Assembly: GCA_963514005.1 (NCBI GenBank)
Contig: OY740808.1
Span: 11,532,001 to 11,596,000 of the forward strand
Direction: 5' to 3'
DNA: 64,000 nucleotides
Origin: Raja brachyura
Lineage: Eukaryota
The translations under genes and the position numbers were made by a program. Shown here piece by piece: positions 22,431 through 36,226 of this stretch. How positions within the stretch are numbered: the stretch's first letter is position 1; each line of letters opens with the position of its first letter. Below the pieces are notes generated by a model, which was given only the letters and a program-made list of their open reading frames with translations, did not search any database and had not been told where the DNA came from.

Positions 22431-25059
22431 CATACCTTATTTCCTTTTCCCATTCATATCCCATTTTTCTCTTGCTTCAACTAGTCCATTTTGGTTCTTG
22501 CACCCTTTGTGCCTCTTTTTAACCCCCCTCCCCTTCTTCCTCCTCCATTAACTAAAGTCATTGCACCTACCACCCACCCCCTATCACCGACACACCTATA
22601 CATCCAAGTTCCTTAGCCTTTGGGTTACCAGACCATCCATCGAGTTTCATCAATCATCCCTCCCTTACCTGGTTCCAGTGATCACCTTCCAGCGTCTGTC
22701 TATACACCCCCTCCCGTCCACCATCTGGCTGCATCTGCTCAATTATTTCTCCTGGTTTTCCCCGTATCTGTTCCCAAATATCAGTCACCAGCCTCCATCT
22801 CAAAACTCCCCTCCCCCCCCCCCCACACACTCTTCCACATGGCTTCATCTGCCCATCATCTGGTTCTACCTGTCACCTTCCAGTCCCCGAGATGCAAAAT
22901 GTGTTGCATGGAGGACGAAACATACCCCCAAAATAGGGCAACTGCAGTCCAGTTTGTGGATACTGGGAAATAAGTCAGCTTGAGAGAATTTTGTTTTCAT
23001 TATTGATAACTTAGGGTCAAAGGCATTGGGTCAGTCTGAAAGCACATCCCTTTCATTACAGAAAGCAACAGTTAAGTACTGTGCGTGACAGTAAGACAGA
23101 GTCATTCCAAAAATATTTCAGTCTCTCCTTCTAAAGGCATTTTGATTAGTCTCCCCTCCCTGAAAAGCAAATTCACCATTGATGTGGTCATAGTTACTGC
23201 ATGGCCTTTTTATAAATGATGTTTATTTTTTTCTCAGATAATGATTTGTCATTTCATCTCTCTGCGCTGTCTGAAATGTCTTGATTTCAGACCAGAAAAT
23301 CGAGTTTACAAAAAATGGGGATGGGAGGTCTTTGTCCCTGGAATCTGGCTTGAAATGCAGCCTAGATCCATGAGATAAAATGTCCCCTCCAGGCTCCACT
23401 GTTCTAATAATCTGCTGGACTCCTCTCACCTTCCATCAATTGAATTCATAGTTTGTAATAAGTCAAGAGGTACAATCAGCTTGAGTGGACCAAAGAAACT
23501 GAAACATACAGAAAACACACATAAGTGGTTGCCCAAAGAGTAGTGGAGTTGCAGAACATAACTAACGTGCATCAGGTGTTGACTCCCAGCAGAAGTGAAG
23601 TGGTCCACATTTTGCAGGACTTTGACAAGTCAAAGGGAGTGTTGTACAATAAGGGCAGGCCAATTATGAATCTGTGCTTTGTTGATGGCTTGTGCTCGGC
23701 ACATCCTCACATATGGAATCAAGGGATGTGGGGAGAAAGCAGGAATGGGGTACCGATTCTGGTGGGTCAGCCATGATCATATTGAATGGTGGTGCTGGCT
23801 CGAAGGGCCGAATGGCCTACTTCTGCACCTATTTTCTATGTTTCTATGTGCTTCAATTATCTAGTCAACAATAAGCCGGAGCTCACGGTCTGAGGCATAG
23901 GTTATGCAGGCATTTGGATGGGCAAGGGCTGATTAGAGATAGTCAGCATGGTTTTGTACAATATTTATACTATGACAGGAATCTTAACGAAGGCTGGCTG
24001 CTTTATTGCAACAAGAATGATTGAAGAATATATTAGGCCAATTACATAATCTTACCTTTCACTATTCTTGCTTCTTTAAACGCCAGCATTGTCGCTCATA
24101 ACAAAACTGCAGCAATACCTTTGTACAAAGGCCGAGTGATGTCAAATAGGAATAGGCTGGGGAGTACTTATATACAAACTTTGTGTAAAACAAAATCATT
24201 TCCAGTTTCTTATAGCACTGCAGACTAACAAGATGATTCAATGGTAACTTAACCAATGTTTTCTCATATCAGATATAATGGTGTCATCATAACTTAAACA
24301 CAAGTTCCAATGTACATACAAGAGGATCTTCTGTGTGCCTGCCATCCACCCAATATTAGAGCTCCAAAGGTGAAGTGTTACCCTTTTCATTGGGGGGAAA
24401 GGAGTCTGAAATATTGTACTAGAAAAATACTAACAAGGCTTAATGAAATGTAACTGTGCCAGTGGATTTCCATCTTCCTTTCTGGAGACTCCTATGACAA
24501 AGTAAGTTTCTTTCCTTTCCCAAAGGAAAATTGAACACAAATTACCTACTCCAAAGTAAACTGATTACACTTTCAAATTCTCTCAATCCCCGGGATGCAA
24601 GGTTCCCACTCCTGCAGATAACTCCCAGTCTTCTGGGTTTGGTTATCACTATCTTCCAATGCAAGTTATTTTCAGTGACTGGGTCTAAAAGTGGAAGCAG
24701 ACCGGAAAGAATCCTGGGCTGTAAATCGTGGGAAAGAACTACAAATAGAAAGAGTTTTGTTAATAGAATCTGGAAAGACCACTTAAAGGTGGAAAAATAT
24801 GTGGCTTGATAACAATCTTTGCAATATTTAAAGTTTTTGTGACATGTGTAGCCTGCAGTTTTCCAGTCTGAGTTGCCATACTTAAGTATTTTCTTCAGAT
24901 TTGAACATGACAGCTAATGCTGCATTAACGGTTTAACAGCAAGGGTTGAAGGCATTGCTAGCCCTACATGAAATAGGGCTAGCAATATCATTTGATTATA
25001 TCATTTAATATATCATATGGGATCAACACCTCCTGAAAGTTGCCCTCAATGCCACAGAC

Positions 25060-25245
25060 TTTGAAATGAATTGCTGGGTCTAAATCCTGGAACTCTCTCC
25101 CAAACACATAGTAAGTTTACTCGCACCTCAAGGGCTGCAGCGATTCAAGAAAGCAGCTCACCACCATCCTCGAGGGCAATTAAGGATGGGCAAATAACGC
25201 TGACTGAGCCTGCAAAGCCCACATCTCTTGAATGAATAAAAAAAA
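25060..25245 (+). mobile_element. LINE 3' tail fragment
   Basis: tcctggaactctctccc..cgattcaagaaagcagctcaccaccatc..aatgaataaaaaaa. Confidence 0.55.
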
Positions 25246-26359
25246 TCATTCAACAATTCCACATCCTACCCTAACCTCATGTTTCCAACTGCATAAAAAT
25301 CATTTAATCTTAAGCTTGATTAGACTTAACAATTGAGTATCTTTGGCAGCGTGGAACAAATTCTATACCTTCTGTACATACCCTACACAATCTTTTCAGC
25401 ATTTAAAAATATTGCAATGTGGTTAACCGTCTTTCTTCAAAACTACAGCTTAGTTTGATTTATTCTAGATCCTCCCTCATAGGATAACAACTCTTTTATG
25501 GCAGTAATCATCTGGTGAACCATTGTCTCATCCTCTCCAAAGAAGTGTCTCTCCCCACTTAAGACCAAAAGTATAAGCTTAGATCGAACGTGCTCTCATC
25601 AAAACTCTATATAATTGCAGGAAGGCTACATATCAAAATCCTGAAGTTTATTATTTTATTTTGCAAGGTCCTCAATGTTGGTTGGACTTTATGTTGTGAA
25701 TGTGAAAGCCACAAGAAACTATCCCTGCCAAAGGGATATGTTTGCAATAGCTCAGGGCCAGCAGAATGGAAGTAAGATTTACTCCCTTAACTGCAATGAT
25801 CGATGAGCCAGAAACATAATATGATTATTAACTCACAGCATAAACACCTGAGAGGGAATAAGATTAGCAAACCATTGTGGAAAAATATTCAAAAGTTTTC
25901 ACCTGTGCTCACAAGGGGATCATTAACTCTGGTAACCCATTGGCCTGTCCTGCACAATTATTAAGAAATTTACATTCATGTATGTCTTTCACAGTCCAAA
26001 GAAAGTTTACAATGCTGGTTTGCAAAGTACAATAGGCTTTCATCAACTAATGAGAATAGAATGGATTTTCCTGTACTATTATCTGGGGAGGCACAGAACC
26101 CAAAAGCACAGCTTCGTCAGGGCTCTGGAAAGACTTGGCATTTAATATCTTCCACCACTTTCTCATGACTATACATAAAACGCTTACTGAGTGGTAAGAA
26201 ATAACATTTACGTTCCACCTTTCACATCTCCAGGCAATCCAAAATCCTTCAGTGCCAATGAAGTGCCAATGAAGTGCAATGTCGACAAAAACAGCGGTCG
26301 CTTTATGCACACTCAGCTCCTACAAACAACTGGGTGATAAATTATTTTTGTTTTGTTTT

Positions 26360-27520
26360 AAAACGCAAAAATGCTGAGGGAACTTAGTGAGTCAGAGAGC
26401 ATCAATGGAGGGAATGGACAAATGACGTTTCAGGCCTGGACCTTTCTTCAGATTGATTGGACTACAGAAGAAAAAATTGGGAAATAAATGCGAGCAGCGG
26501 ATAAAACCTGACAAGTAATAGATGCATACATGTTAATGGGGGAGAGGTGGGGGTGGGGGGGGGGAGAGAGAATTGACTGGCAGACGGATGAAGTAAGTGA
26601 CAGAGGTGAAAAGAAGACAAAAGGCTGTCAAATAAGGAGAGAAGAGAGGGAGTGAAATGTAAAGCCAAGAGGGAAGGGGTTTGGGGAGGAGAAATAGGGA
26701 GGTTAAAAGGGAAATGGTACACTTGGGGATGGGAGACGAGTGTACAAAGGAGGGGAAATGAGCAGGGTAAGAGGAAGTGTCGGAGATGGTAGAGTAAAGT
26801 GTGCGCACCAGGGTGGTGTGGGGGGGGGGGGGGGGGGGTGGGCGGGGGGGGAGTGGGGGGGGGGGGGGAAGAGAAAGGGGAGGGGATATTACTTAAAATT
26901 GGAGAATACAAATTGGAGAATACAATGTTCATACCATTGGGATGCAATTTACCCAAGCGGAAAATGAGATCCTGTTCCTCCAGATTGCATGTGGCGTCAT
27001 TCTGGCAAGAGAGGACAAGGGCAGAAAGGTCAGAATGGGAAGGGGATTTAAAATGGTTACCAACTCGGAGATCCAACAGGCCTTGGCAGAAACAGTGCAA
27101 GGGTTCAGCAAAATGGATGCCTACTCTACGATTGGTCTCGCCGATGTGAAGACGAGATCAGGAGTAGTGAATGCAGTAGACGAGGTATGAAGAGAAGCAC
27201 ATGAACCTCCGCCTCACGTGGATGGGCTACTGAGGTCCCTTGATTGTAGTGAGAGACGAGGTGTAGAGGCAGATGATACATCTCCTGCGATTGCAGGGGA
27301 AAGTACCTGGGGAAGTGGGTGTTGCGTAGGAAGGGATGATTGAACTAAGGAGAGTGCGGAGAGAGTGAATTCTACGGAAAGCGAAAAGAAGTAGGGATGG
27401 TAGATGTGACTGGTGCTGGAATCATGTGAAGGTGGCAGAAATGTTGGGCAGCAATGTGTTGAATGTGGAGCCTGGTGCGAAAGGTGGGAGGGGACCAAGA
27501 GCAGAACTGCAGGACATAGA
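26360..27520 (-). mobile_element. Degraded Penelope-like element
   Basis: HFKSPSHS..LEEQDLIFRLGKLHPNGMNI.F; catcggcgagacca (IGET) on the minus strand; ctgaaga..gaaacgtc tail; internal poly-G tract 26820-26868. Confidence 0.8.
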
Positions 27521-30154
27521 GGATACACCAAATTATCCTAGATCAACCCATACACCCCCTATCCTTCCTCTCTTTCTCAAGCCCCCCCTCCCCCCACCTC
27601 AGTCAGCACACACCATCTCCCACCTTCCCCTGTCACCCTGCACCTTTCCCCTCCTTCATTACCCCAAACCATCGCTCCTCTTACCCGAAACTATCGCTCA
27701 GTTGGCAGGCTTTGACCTGTCCCCATTTCTCTTCCCCCCCCCCCCCCCCCCCCCCCAACTACAATCAGACTAAAGAACCCAAAACATTGTCTATTCATTC
27801 CTTTCATTGAAGGTGCCTGACCCGCTGAATTCCTCAGTATTCCCGCAGTATTTTGTATTTTGATCAAGATTCCAGCATCTGCAGTTTTGTGTCTCTCTAT
27901 TTGTTTTGTTTTAGTTATGTCCACCGGGGCAACAATCTTGCTCAGCAACAATAAAGATGCCATATAAACCTAAGTTAATTGTCATCAAATGTGGGAAATG
28001 CTCAACAGAAAATGGTCAGATTTGACACTAAAATACAAACACATGGGATTTCAAGGCAGGTGATGCAGCCAATGAGATAAAGTATCGTAAAGAAGGTGCC
28101 AAACTCTAGCGGAAAAAATAAGATTTTGAATCCAGCCCACTAAGGTGGAGCCATCCATGGTGCAGCAGTAGAACAGAATTACACCAGTAGAGAGATCTCA
28201 AATGGTTGGAGGACTGGGAATGTCATCTCAACTCTGTTTCCAATAATGATAAAAGCCGCAGTTAATCTTTCACAGCACTTCAACCAACAAATCACTGAAC
28301 AGTAAAGGTCCACTAAAGTAGCTGTATGTGCAAATTCTGGCCAAGAGCTGACAAACAATGATTCAGCTTTTTGTGTCCCCCCCCCCAATCAATTGTCAAT
28401 ACAATAATTGAGTAGCTAAGAGGTGTTGTGCAAATCAAACAGAAAATGAAAATCAATGAGAGATCTGCAGTTTTTTGAATATTAGCAGTTATGACTGCTG
28501 GAACAAATCATTTCACTTAGAACACATTATTTCATTTATACAATTTGTTTTCTTTTACTTTTCGAAGAGATCACTTTCAGAAGTTACCCCAATATAAAGC
28601 TGCAGCTAATACTTTTTGATGACCAGTAAATAGCTTATATTAGCCTCCCATTTACAAATGATTCCAAGCCTCCAAATATTACGTAGCCCCTCACATCAAA
28701 GTCCAGTGCATTGAAGCACAACAAATAAGTGTCAGAGGTGCTCAAGCCCTCAATTTTCATAATTTAAATTGTAATCCAATAGGGATGTGCTAAGATACAA
28801 ATTAACTGGTTATGCCAGAAAAAGCTAAGATTGACAATGAACTCAACATTCTTTGACACTTGTCTAGACAGTTTCAAACAACCTTCTGACTACTCATAGA
28901 AGTGAGAGAACGTTCACATATCATTCTCCTGTAAACCTGTCCCTCTACATTTTAGCTAAAGGGCGTCCATTGAGAAGGAATGCCATTTATATTTTCGTCC
29001 CAGTTTTGTATGCCTATAGTTTCGAAATGGAGCTGGAATAGATGAGGGAAAAAAAGGTCAATGAAATACAATTAAAAGATGGTGTACCCCAGTGGACAGT
29101 GCCATTCAATTAAAAAAAATGCTTAAAGAATGCACCACCAAAATAACATTATGGTATCTCTTTTAGACTGGCAGGTAGTCAATCTAGCAATGATGTTGCA
29201 CCTGTGGCCACAACAGCAATGACAGAAAGCTCCATCCACAAGTAATTTCAAGCACATACAGTATATCATCTGAAAGAATTTCTGGAAAATCAATCAGAAC
29301 TGAGGATGGGATCTTCAGAACAAAAGATGAATTCATCCAGATTGGCATGATAGAAAGTCAACTTCCTGATGTTCCTGATTCCCCAGCATTCCAGGTTAGA
29401 ATAATGAGCATCTACATTTCTTTACAAGTTTGTCTGATCTCTTATACTTTATTTCCACATTTAGTCCCGACATGGGGGGTGGGGTGTCTGTCAAATAATG
29501 GTGGGATATATACCGTCAATAATAGGATCCTACTGAGTATGAGGAATGAAGGGACATTGGTGTACAAGATCACTGATGATGGCAGTATAGGCATACAGGG
29601 TGGGAAAGACATTTGAGCCTTTGATACTGAAGTAGCTTTTAAGAACTATCTAAAAGGAAGAGAGACAGGTAGAAGAGTAGTAGGTAACGGAACATCAGGA
29701 CCTCAGGTCTTGGAAGAAGAGCACAAACCTTCCAATTCATGGGAAACAGAACTTCATACAGTTGCCAGGAGAATTCTGGTTAAGGAACAACGTTTGGGAT
29801 GTCGACCAAAGACAAAGACTTTGGCCTTCCCAATGGTTAGAGGAACCTTTTGCTCACTCATTACTGGTTTTTGGACCAGCAATCTTAATTATTTAAATAG
29901 CTGCAGTCCAGAACCCTGATCTGAATACATATGAAAAAAAAAACAGAGTTTCAGATGATATTACCAAGACAGATTCTTGAGATCAAGAGAAAATTAAAAA
30001 AGATGCGGAAAAATAATCAATTGCAACTATTCACTGGTTGTAACTGGATTCTTCTACAAATTCAAACACTTTCCTTTTTTTTGCTGCAGCCTGTTACTGG
30101 AAAAAAAAATATTTTAAAACATTCCAAGCACAAGGTTGAATGGAATCCTCAAAT

Positions 30155-30507
30155 AGAAACATAGAAACATAGAAACATAGAAATTAGGTGCAGGAATAGG
30201 CCATTCGGCCCTTCGAGCCTGCACCGCCATTCAATATGATCATGGCTGATCATCCAACTCAGTATCCCGTACCTGCCTTCTCTCCATACCCTCTGATCCC
30301 CTTAGCCACAAGGGCCACATCTAACTCCCTCTTAAATATATCCAATGAACTGGCCTCAACTACCCTCTGTGGCAGAGAATTCCAGAGACCCACCACTCTC
30401 TGTGTGAAAAAAGTCCTTCTCATCTCGGTCCTAAAGGATTTCCCCCTTATCCTTAAGCTGTGACCCCTTGTCCTGGACGTCCCCAACATCGGGAACAATC
30501 TTCCTGC
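30155..30507 (-). mobile_element. Young CR1 3' end
   Basis: (atagaaac)n tail; RTRGHSLRIRG..FFTQRVVGLWNSLP..FKRELD..KGIRGYG. Confidence 0.9.
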
Positions 30508-30694
30508 AAATGGATATATAATCCATAAAACTGGTTCAATTTTAGAGACAATGCAACAAATCAACTACAATTCATTGCATAGAAATTCTGACTTTACATT
30601 TTGAACAGCTTCACTTTCAATTCAGTTTTATTTATGGTTATTTACCTTTTGAGAGGTGCTCAGTAAAAAAAAGGACACATTTGTTCATCACATT

Positions 30695-30855
30695 TCTTGA
30701 CCTCAGGTCCTCCCAAGCACGTGACAGCCAATGGGATACTTCTGAAATGTTATCACGATTGTGTAAGGGTTGCACAGTGAGCAATTTTCACAGAGCAAGC
30801 CCCCACATATAGCAATATAATAAGGACTAGATAATCAGTTTCAGTGATATCGATA
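30695..30855 (-). mobile_element. Ancient Deu-domain SINE remnant (SacSINE/AmnSINE-like)
   Basis: cccaagcac..acagccaatg..tacttctgaa.tgt..cacagagcaagc.cccaca.a.agcaat..ataa.gac.agataatc.gttt resembles the Deu domain as recalled; not aligned. Confidence 0.45.
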
Positions 30856-32019
30856 ATACTTTTTTTCATTGACCTTAAGATATTTTTCCAATGATAATGA
30901 AGCAACAGAAATATCATGTTAAATTCTAGTTTGTGATCACAAAAATAAATCAAGCTGGATCAAAGACTCTCTTCATTTAGCCTGGATAGATAGATTGTAT
31001 AGATAAGTAAGTTTACTGGCCAAGTATTCACATACAAGGAATTTGCCTTGGTGCTCCGTCCACAAGTAACAACATGACATACAGTGACAGTTACGAATGA
31101 CTCAGAAAACACTAAACATTAATAAGAATAAAACATTAATGATAAAACACCATTGATCAAGCATGTGAACCAACAAAATACCAGATTAAAGGGGGGGGTT
31201 CAGATTTTGACTGTTGAGTAGAGCAACTACTCGTGGATAAAAACAGTTTTATGAGGGAGGCTTCTGCAATTAAACAGCTAAATCTCAAAATGTAGGTTCT
31301 AAAGACAGTTTACCATGACCCAAAAGATCCGTTTCAATATTCAATATATTACACTTTTTCTCATTCTGGTTAAAATATATTATTTCAAGACAAGTACCTC
31401 ATTTGTTTGTAGATCATTTTGCTTCAGATTAAAATGTTCAATGAAATGTTAAATTATTTTTGAATAGCTCTGCCACATTAATTCAACAGCTCAGGCAAAA
31501 CAAGTTGAAAGAAAGAGCTTAAAACATCTATTATACAATTCAGCTTTAAGATTTGCTTGAGCCTCAAGGCTATTTCACAGTCTTGTAATGTTGAGGCTAT
31601 CTTTAAAGAATGTACAACATGCCACATAAATGTTTCTGTTTAATAACCTTCAGTTCACATCAGATCATTTATCAATATTATGATATAAGCTACAAAAATA
31701 CTGAATGAAATCCATCATATCTAAAGAAAACCTAGACTTCCTGCATGTGGATTCCACGCTATGCCTTCATACATTTAGCAGCCAAAAAGGATAAGTGCTG
31801 TCCTGGGAAATGTTTTTTTAATTTATGTAGTACAGACAAAAATTCAATTTCACGGAAGTGATTGGGAAGAGGTTTTGCCCATTTGCATTCTAAGTAATGG
31901 GTGAATGGAAGGTCTCTTTACCAAAGGAATAAACCTTGTTTATCAAAAGAACAGGGAGAGGTTTGATATAATAAACAAATATTTAATGGGAACCCACACA
32001 AGTTCACGACCTGTACCTG

Positions 32020-32551
32020 CTGTGTGGTATTGCACCCCTTCCAATCAGAAGAGCAGTATCCTCAAAAGTGGAACGCACCAAGCAAGAGGATGATCTTCGT
32101 CACACACTCTTCCAACACGTCCAGGCACCAAAGAGGTTAAAATCCAGAAATAGCTTCCTACATGCAGTTCAACCCCTGAATGATAACCCCCACACCTGTA
32201 GGATAGATGCTTGGGTGACTCACCTATAATCAAAACCCCACATACTGATACTATACCCTGAAGAGTCATTTCCATTGGGAGCGAAAGAGACATGGCCAGT
32301 CTGGCTCTGCCTCAATTGTCTCAGAACATGGGTCGGACGGTGCAAAGCCCTCATGCAGAAGTGGGGGTACAACAACGATAGACCAACCGAATATGTCTGC
32401 GGGGAGGCAACCCAAGCTATGGAGCACTTACTGACCTACCCCCTTCTTCCAGAGCCCTGCGAACCAGAAGATCTCAAGGTCTTCATCCCATGTGCCAGAG
32501 CCTGCGTTATGCAGTGGCTTGGAAAAGTGTAGCGACACGACAAGAAGAAGA
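32020..32551 (+). mobile_element. Vingi/Ingi-like LINE 3' fragment
   Basis: RLKSRNSF-like segment; WLCLNCLRTWVGRCKALMQKWGY..CG..QAMEHLL; ends gacacgac(aag)n. Confidence 0.65.
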
Positions 32552-32721
32552 TGGGAAAATGCTTGATTTACTGGAGATTTACAGAAGAGGGTTGATGCAG
32601 AACTGCATAATCCAATGGGAATAATGTATATTATTTATATATATAATTTTGAAGCAATTTGATTTTTTAATTGCAATTCCCTCATTTGATAAGTATGAAC
32701 CCAACTTTATTACTGTCCAGT

Positions 32722-32847
32722 AATAAGAAGGGTCTCGAACTATGTACCCGAAAGTCTGAAGAAGGGTCTCGACCCGAAATGTCGCCTATCTCCTTCGCTC
32801 CTTAGATGCTGCTGCATCCGCTGAGTTTCTCCAGCCTTTTGTGTACC
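32722..32847 (+). mobile_element. 126-bp Penelope-tail-derived insertion flanked by 22-bp direct repeats
   Basis: CCCAACTTTATTACTGTCCAGT at 32700-32721 and 32848-32869; insert contains ctgaagaagggtctcgacccgaaa..agatgctgc..ccgctgagtttctccagc. Confidence 0.8.
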
Positions 32848-35084
32848 CCCAACTTTATTACTGTCCAGTTTGATTAATTGCTGTAACCTTTACACATGTG
32901 CCATCTTGTGGTCAATATCTGATTATACATAACGATCTACCTCTTTCTCAATAGTCTGTATTTATGACACCTCAGCAAAGAATACCCCGCTCATTTGATC
33001 ACACTTCCATCTAAAGACACACTTCCTAATAATATCTGTTCTGTTCTTGTTTTGTAAGATGCTATATTTATATGTTCTATTTTTATCAATATCATAAATG
33101 TCAATGGATAGAATCCTTATTCAAATCCAGCATGGTACTGAGAGATCGGTTTGCCACACCAATGGGATCGCTGTATTCCAGAAGCCAGCTAACCAAGGCT
33201 ATCTTAAGTTGTTATATAAAAAAGTTACATCAAAAGAATACTGGTATTATCCATGGTGTCCCATCAAATATTAATCTCTAAACCAACCTCACCAAAAATA
33301 TTGTAGAAACACGGAACTACAGATGCTAGTTTTGAAGGCGGACATTCTTTAACTTATCAAGTCATTTCTCATCCTTTTAACAATCTGGACAGACTACCTT
33401 AATACCTTCCACTGCTTTTGCAGCCAGGTTTGCCACTTTGCAATAGAGCAGCCAAATAATAGTTAATATGGTGCACTACTTCAACTTTGTTGTTTTGGTA
33501 ATAAAACCTTGTTCACCACAGGTAATGAAGGTGCTGAAGGACAATTTAACCAACATTGCTCATGATTCCCGTCCTGGCAAAACTGATTCCATTGCCAGAA
33601 TAGACATGCCTCCAGGATTTGCTTTTAAAATATCAAAATCTATTACCCCAAGTTCTATTTTGCAACATCTACTCATATCTAAAAGAGCAGTAGGACTGTG
33701 CTGGGTCAATTAAAGTGCAAACAAGCTTGTTTTCTTTACAGTTTAGATAAAAATTACTTTTCATAACAAATCGTGATATTAAAAATAAGACAATGCTAGA
33801 AATAAAGAAACAAACTCAATTAATGACCCATCATCAGAAGTTTACAGGATGCATTCACAATAGAAAAACATAGAAAAAGTGCCAAAATAATGTTCGGCTA
33901 GGAGAGGGGGTAGAAACAGGACAACAAAATAAATTAGGAAAATGTCTTAGGTTTGATAAAATGGTCAATTATGTACAGAGGCAAACCTGCATGTTTAAAC
34001 ACATGGCTTCCTGTCAAGCCATCCATTAAGCCATCCACATTGTTACCTCAATCAACTTGTCATAGCTGAACCCTTCAAATTGTGTATGTCTTTCTGTAAT
34101 TCGGTGAAAAAGCCAGCAGGGGATGTTCTAAAATCCAGAAAGACAGGAGTAGGTGATCGACTTGCAAAGGGGAAAAAAGGGGAAACTGATTGCACCAGTT
34201 ACTAACTGCAACTGTCCTTTGCTGGCTTTGGTTGCCACTGCACTTGCTCACTACAATGTTCTTTCTCCCAGCACAGTAAAGAATGTTGTGCTCCACATCC
34301 ACCGATTCTCCATATTCCCTTTCTCTTAATCCAAAGCCTGAGCACCAGCCTCCTTGTTTTATCCCTCAAATACCACATTGGCTCATGATAAATAAACATT
34401 TTAATTGAGCAAGCATCAGTTTGCTTTTGCATGGTTTGTCTGGGATCATCCTACCATGCCCTCATAATAAATATTGTTTGGTCACACTGCAGTTGAGCAT
34501 TTTATTCATCATAATGACCACAATGACCACTCCCTTTCTTCTGCCTCCTTCAGCCTATTTGTGTGCAAGTTCCAGCCAGTTGATTCCAGTAGATACACTC
34601 ATTATCCTCGATAGATAGATGAAGCAGAGATATGTATTATTCCAGTTTGTTAGCTTAAAGTTCTGACATTGGCTAAATGTGCATAGTCCACTCTAGATCA
34701 GATTAACATGTAAATTTTCAAAATGAAGGTACATTTATTGCTGAGATTATACACAAACGGATCTGGTGCTCTGATGAAACACCAATATTTCTGAAGAATA
34801 TTCCCAACCCGAAAAGTCCTCCGTCCATGTGCTCCACAGATGCTGCGTGACCTGCTGCAACTTTTCAACAACTTTTCTGACTTTGGCTCATGAACTCCAC
34901 AGTTGCTGATTGACCCACTGAACTACTCCAGCACCTTTGTTTTTTTTTTGCTCAGGTGTCTGGCATCTGCAGTTCCTTGTGTCTACTCAATATTTCTCCA
35001 GCGGCTGCTTCTATCAGCCCTCACTCACAGTCACCACAACCACAAACACATGCCGCTCCTCGCTCTAATTAAAGTTGAACCGCC

Positions 35085-35905
35085 CAGTGATGTCGAGCAT
35101 GTTCTCCCCTCACTGCACAAAGACTGCAAAAAGTTGTGACCACTGCCCAGTTAGTTCATCACCGCGTCTGACCTCACCACCATTGAAGGGATCTATCGAT
35201 GTCGCTGCCTCAAAAAGGCAGCCAACATCATCAAAGACCCACACCATCCTGGCCACACACTCATTTCACCATTGCCATCGGGAAGAAGATACAGGAGCCT
35301 GAAAACTGTAACGTCCAGGTTCAGGAACAATTTCTTCCCTACAGCCTATAAGCCTACATGACAACAAATAAGCCCTGAACTACATCAGTCTATTATTATT
35401 ATTGCACTATATTTGTTTAGTCAAGTCAAACAAACTTTATTGTCATTTAGAAATACATCGATATATGCAATTCCAAACGAAATTCCGTTGCATTTGGCTC
35501 CCTGTGCAACACGATAATTAACAGAAGGATAAATATGGATAAAATGGATAAAAAGGATAAAAGGATAAATAGACAATGGTGGCAGCCCATTACATGGCAT
35601 TCAGGAGTCTGATGGCTCGTGGGAAGAAGCTGTTGCAGAACCTTGATGTTCTGCTCCTTATGCTACGATATCTTTTGCCCGAGGGCAGCAGAGTGAACAG
35701 TCCATGATGGAGATGTGTGGGGTCTTTTATAATACTGCTGGCCTGAGACACGCAACGTTATTTATTTATTGAATATGTGTGCATGTGTATATATACACAC
35801 AGTGAACTTTTTTTTCTCTCGTTATGTACCATGTTTACATATTCTGATGTGCTGCAGCAAGCAAGAATTTCATTGTCCTATCTGGGTCGACGATAAAAGA
35901 CTCTT
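35085..35905 (+). mobile_element. Rex1-type LINE 3' fragment, interrupted by an opposite-strand Rex1-type fragment (about 35420-35757)
   Basis: atcaaagacccacaccatcctggccac..ccatcgggaagaagatacaggagcctg..ccaggttcaggaac; inner piece has a gtcaagtcaa tail and ggagtctgatggctcgtgggaagaagctgtt. Confidence 0.7.
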
Positions 35906-35969
35906 GACCATAATCTTTGCTCTTGACAACGGTTGGTGGAAGAACGCCGCCACCCTCGCGGCATTGCGA

Positions 35970-35989
35970 TGCATCATGGGAGCTGTAGT
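35970..35989 (-). promoter_or_regulatory. ZNF143/THAP11-type SBS motif
   Basis: Minus strand ACTACAGCTCCCATGATGCA fits ACTAYRnnnCCCAnnATGC, about 240 bp upstream of the ATG. Confidence 0.7.
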
Positions 35990-36226
35990 CTCTCCCTGTC
36001 CCTCATCATCCGTGTTGGCCGCCCGCGCTGAGCATGATGGATGCTGTAGTCCGTGTCGTTGAGTTCCGCTCTGTCGGGCCTCCGTTTCCCGGCGTGCCCT
36101 CGGGTCTCGCCGCTTCAGACCAAAGACGGCGAGCGGCGGTGGGATCATCAGCAAGGACCCTGCCGTTTCTACGAAAGGAAGTCAGAAGTGGCGGGGACAA
36201 AGTTGGTTGCTGTTACCTCTGAGGCC

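Noticed and set aside
26462-27190. Pro-rich and Gly-rich ORFs
   Set aside because: Derived from a poly-G tract within a decayed Penelope element; long homopolymers may also have unreliable length.
36053-36226. N-terminal extension of LZTR1 in the ORF track
   Set aside because: Starts at a non-ATG codon; similarity to LZTR1 and the Kozak context begin at ATG 36227.
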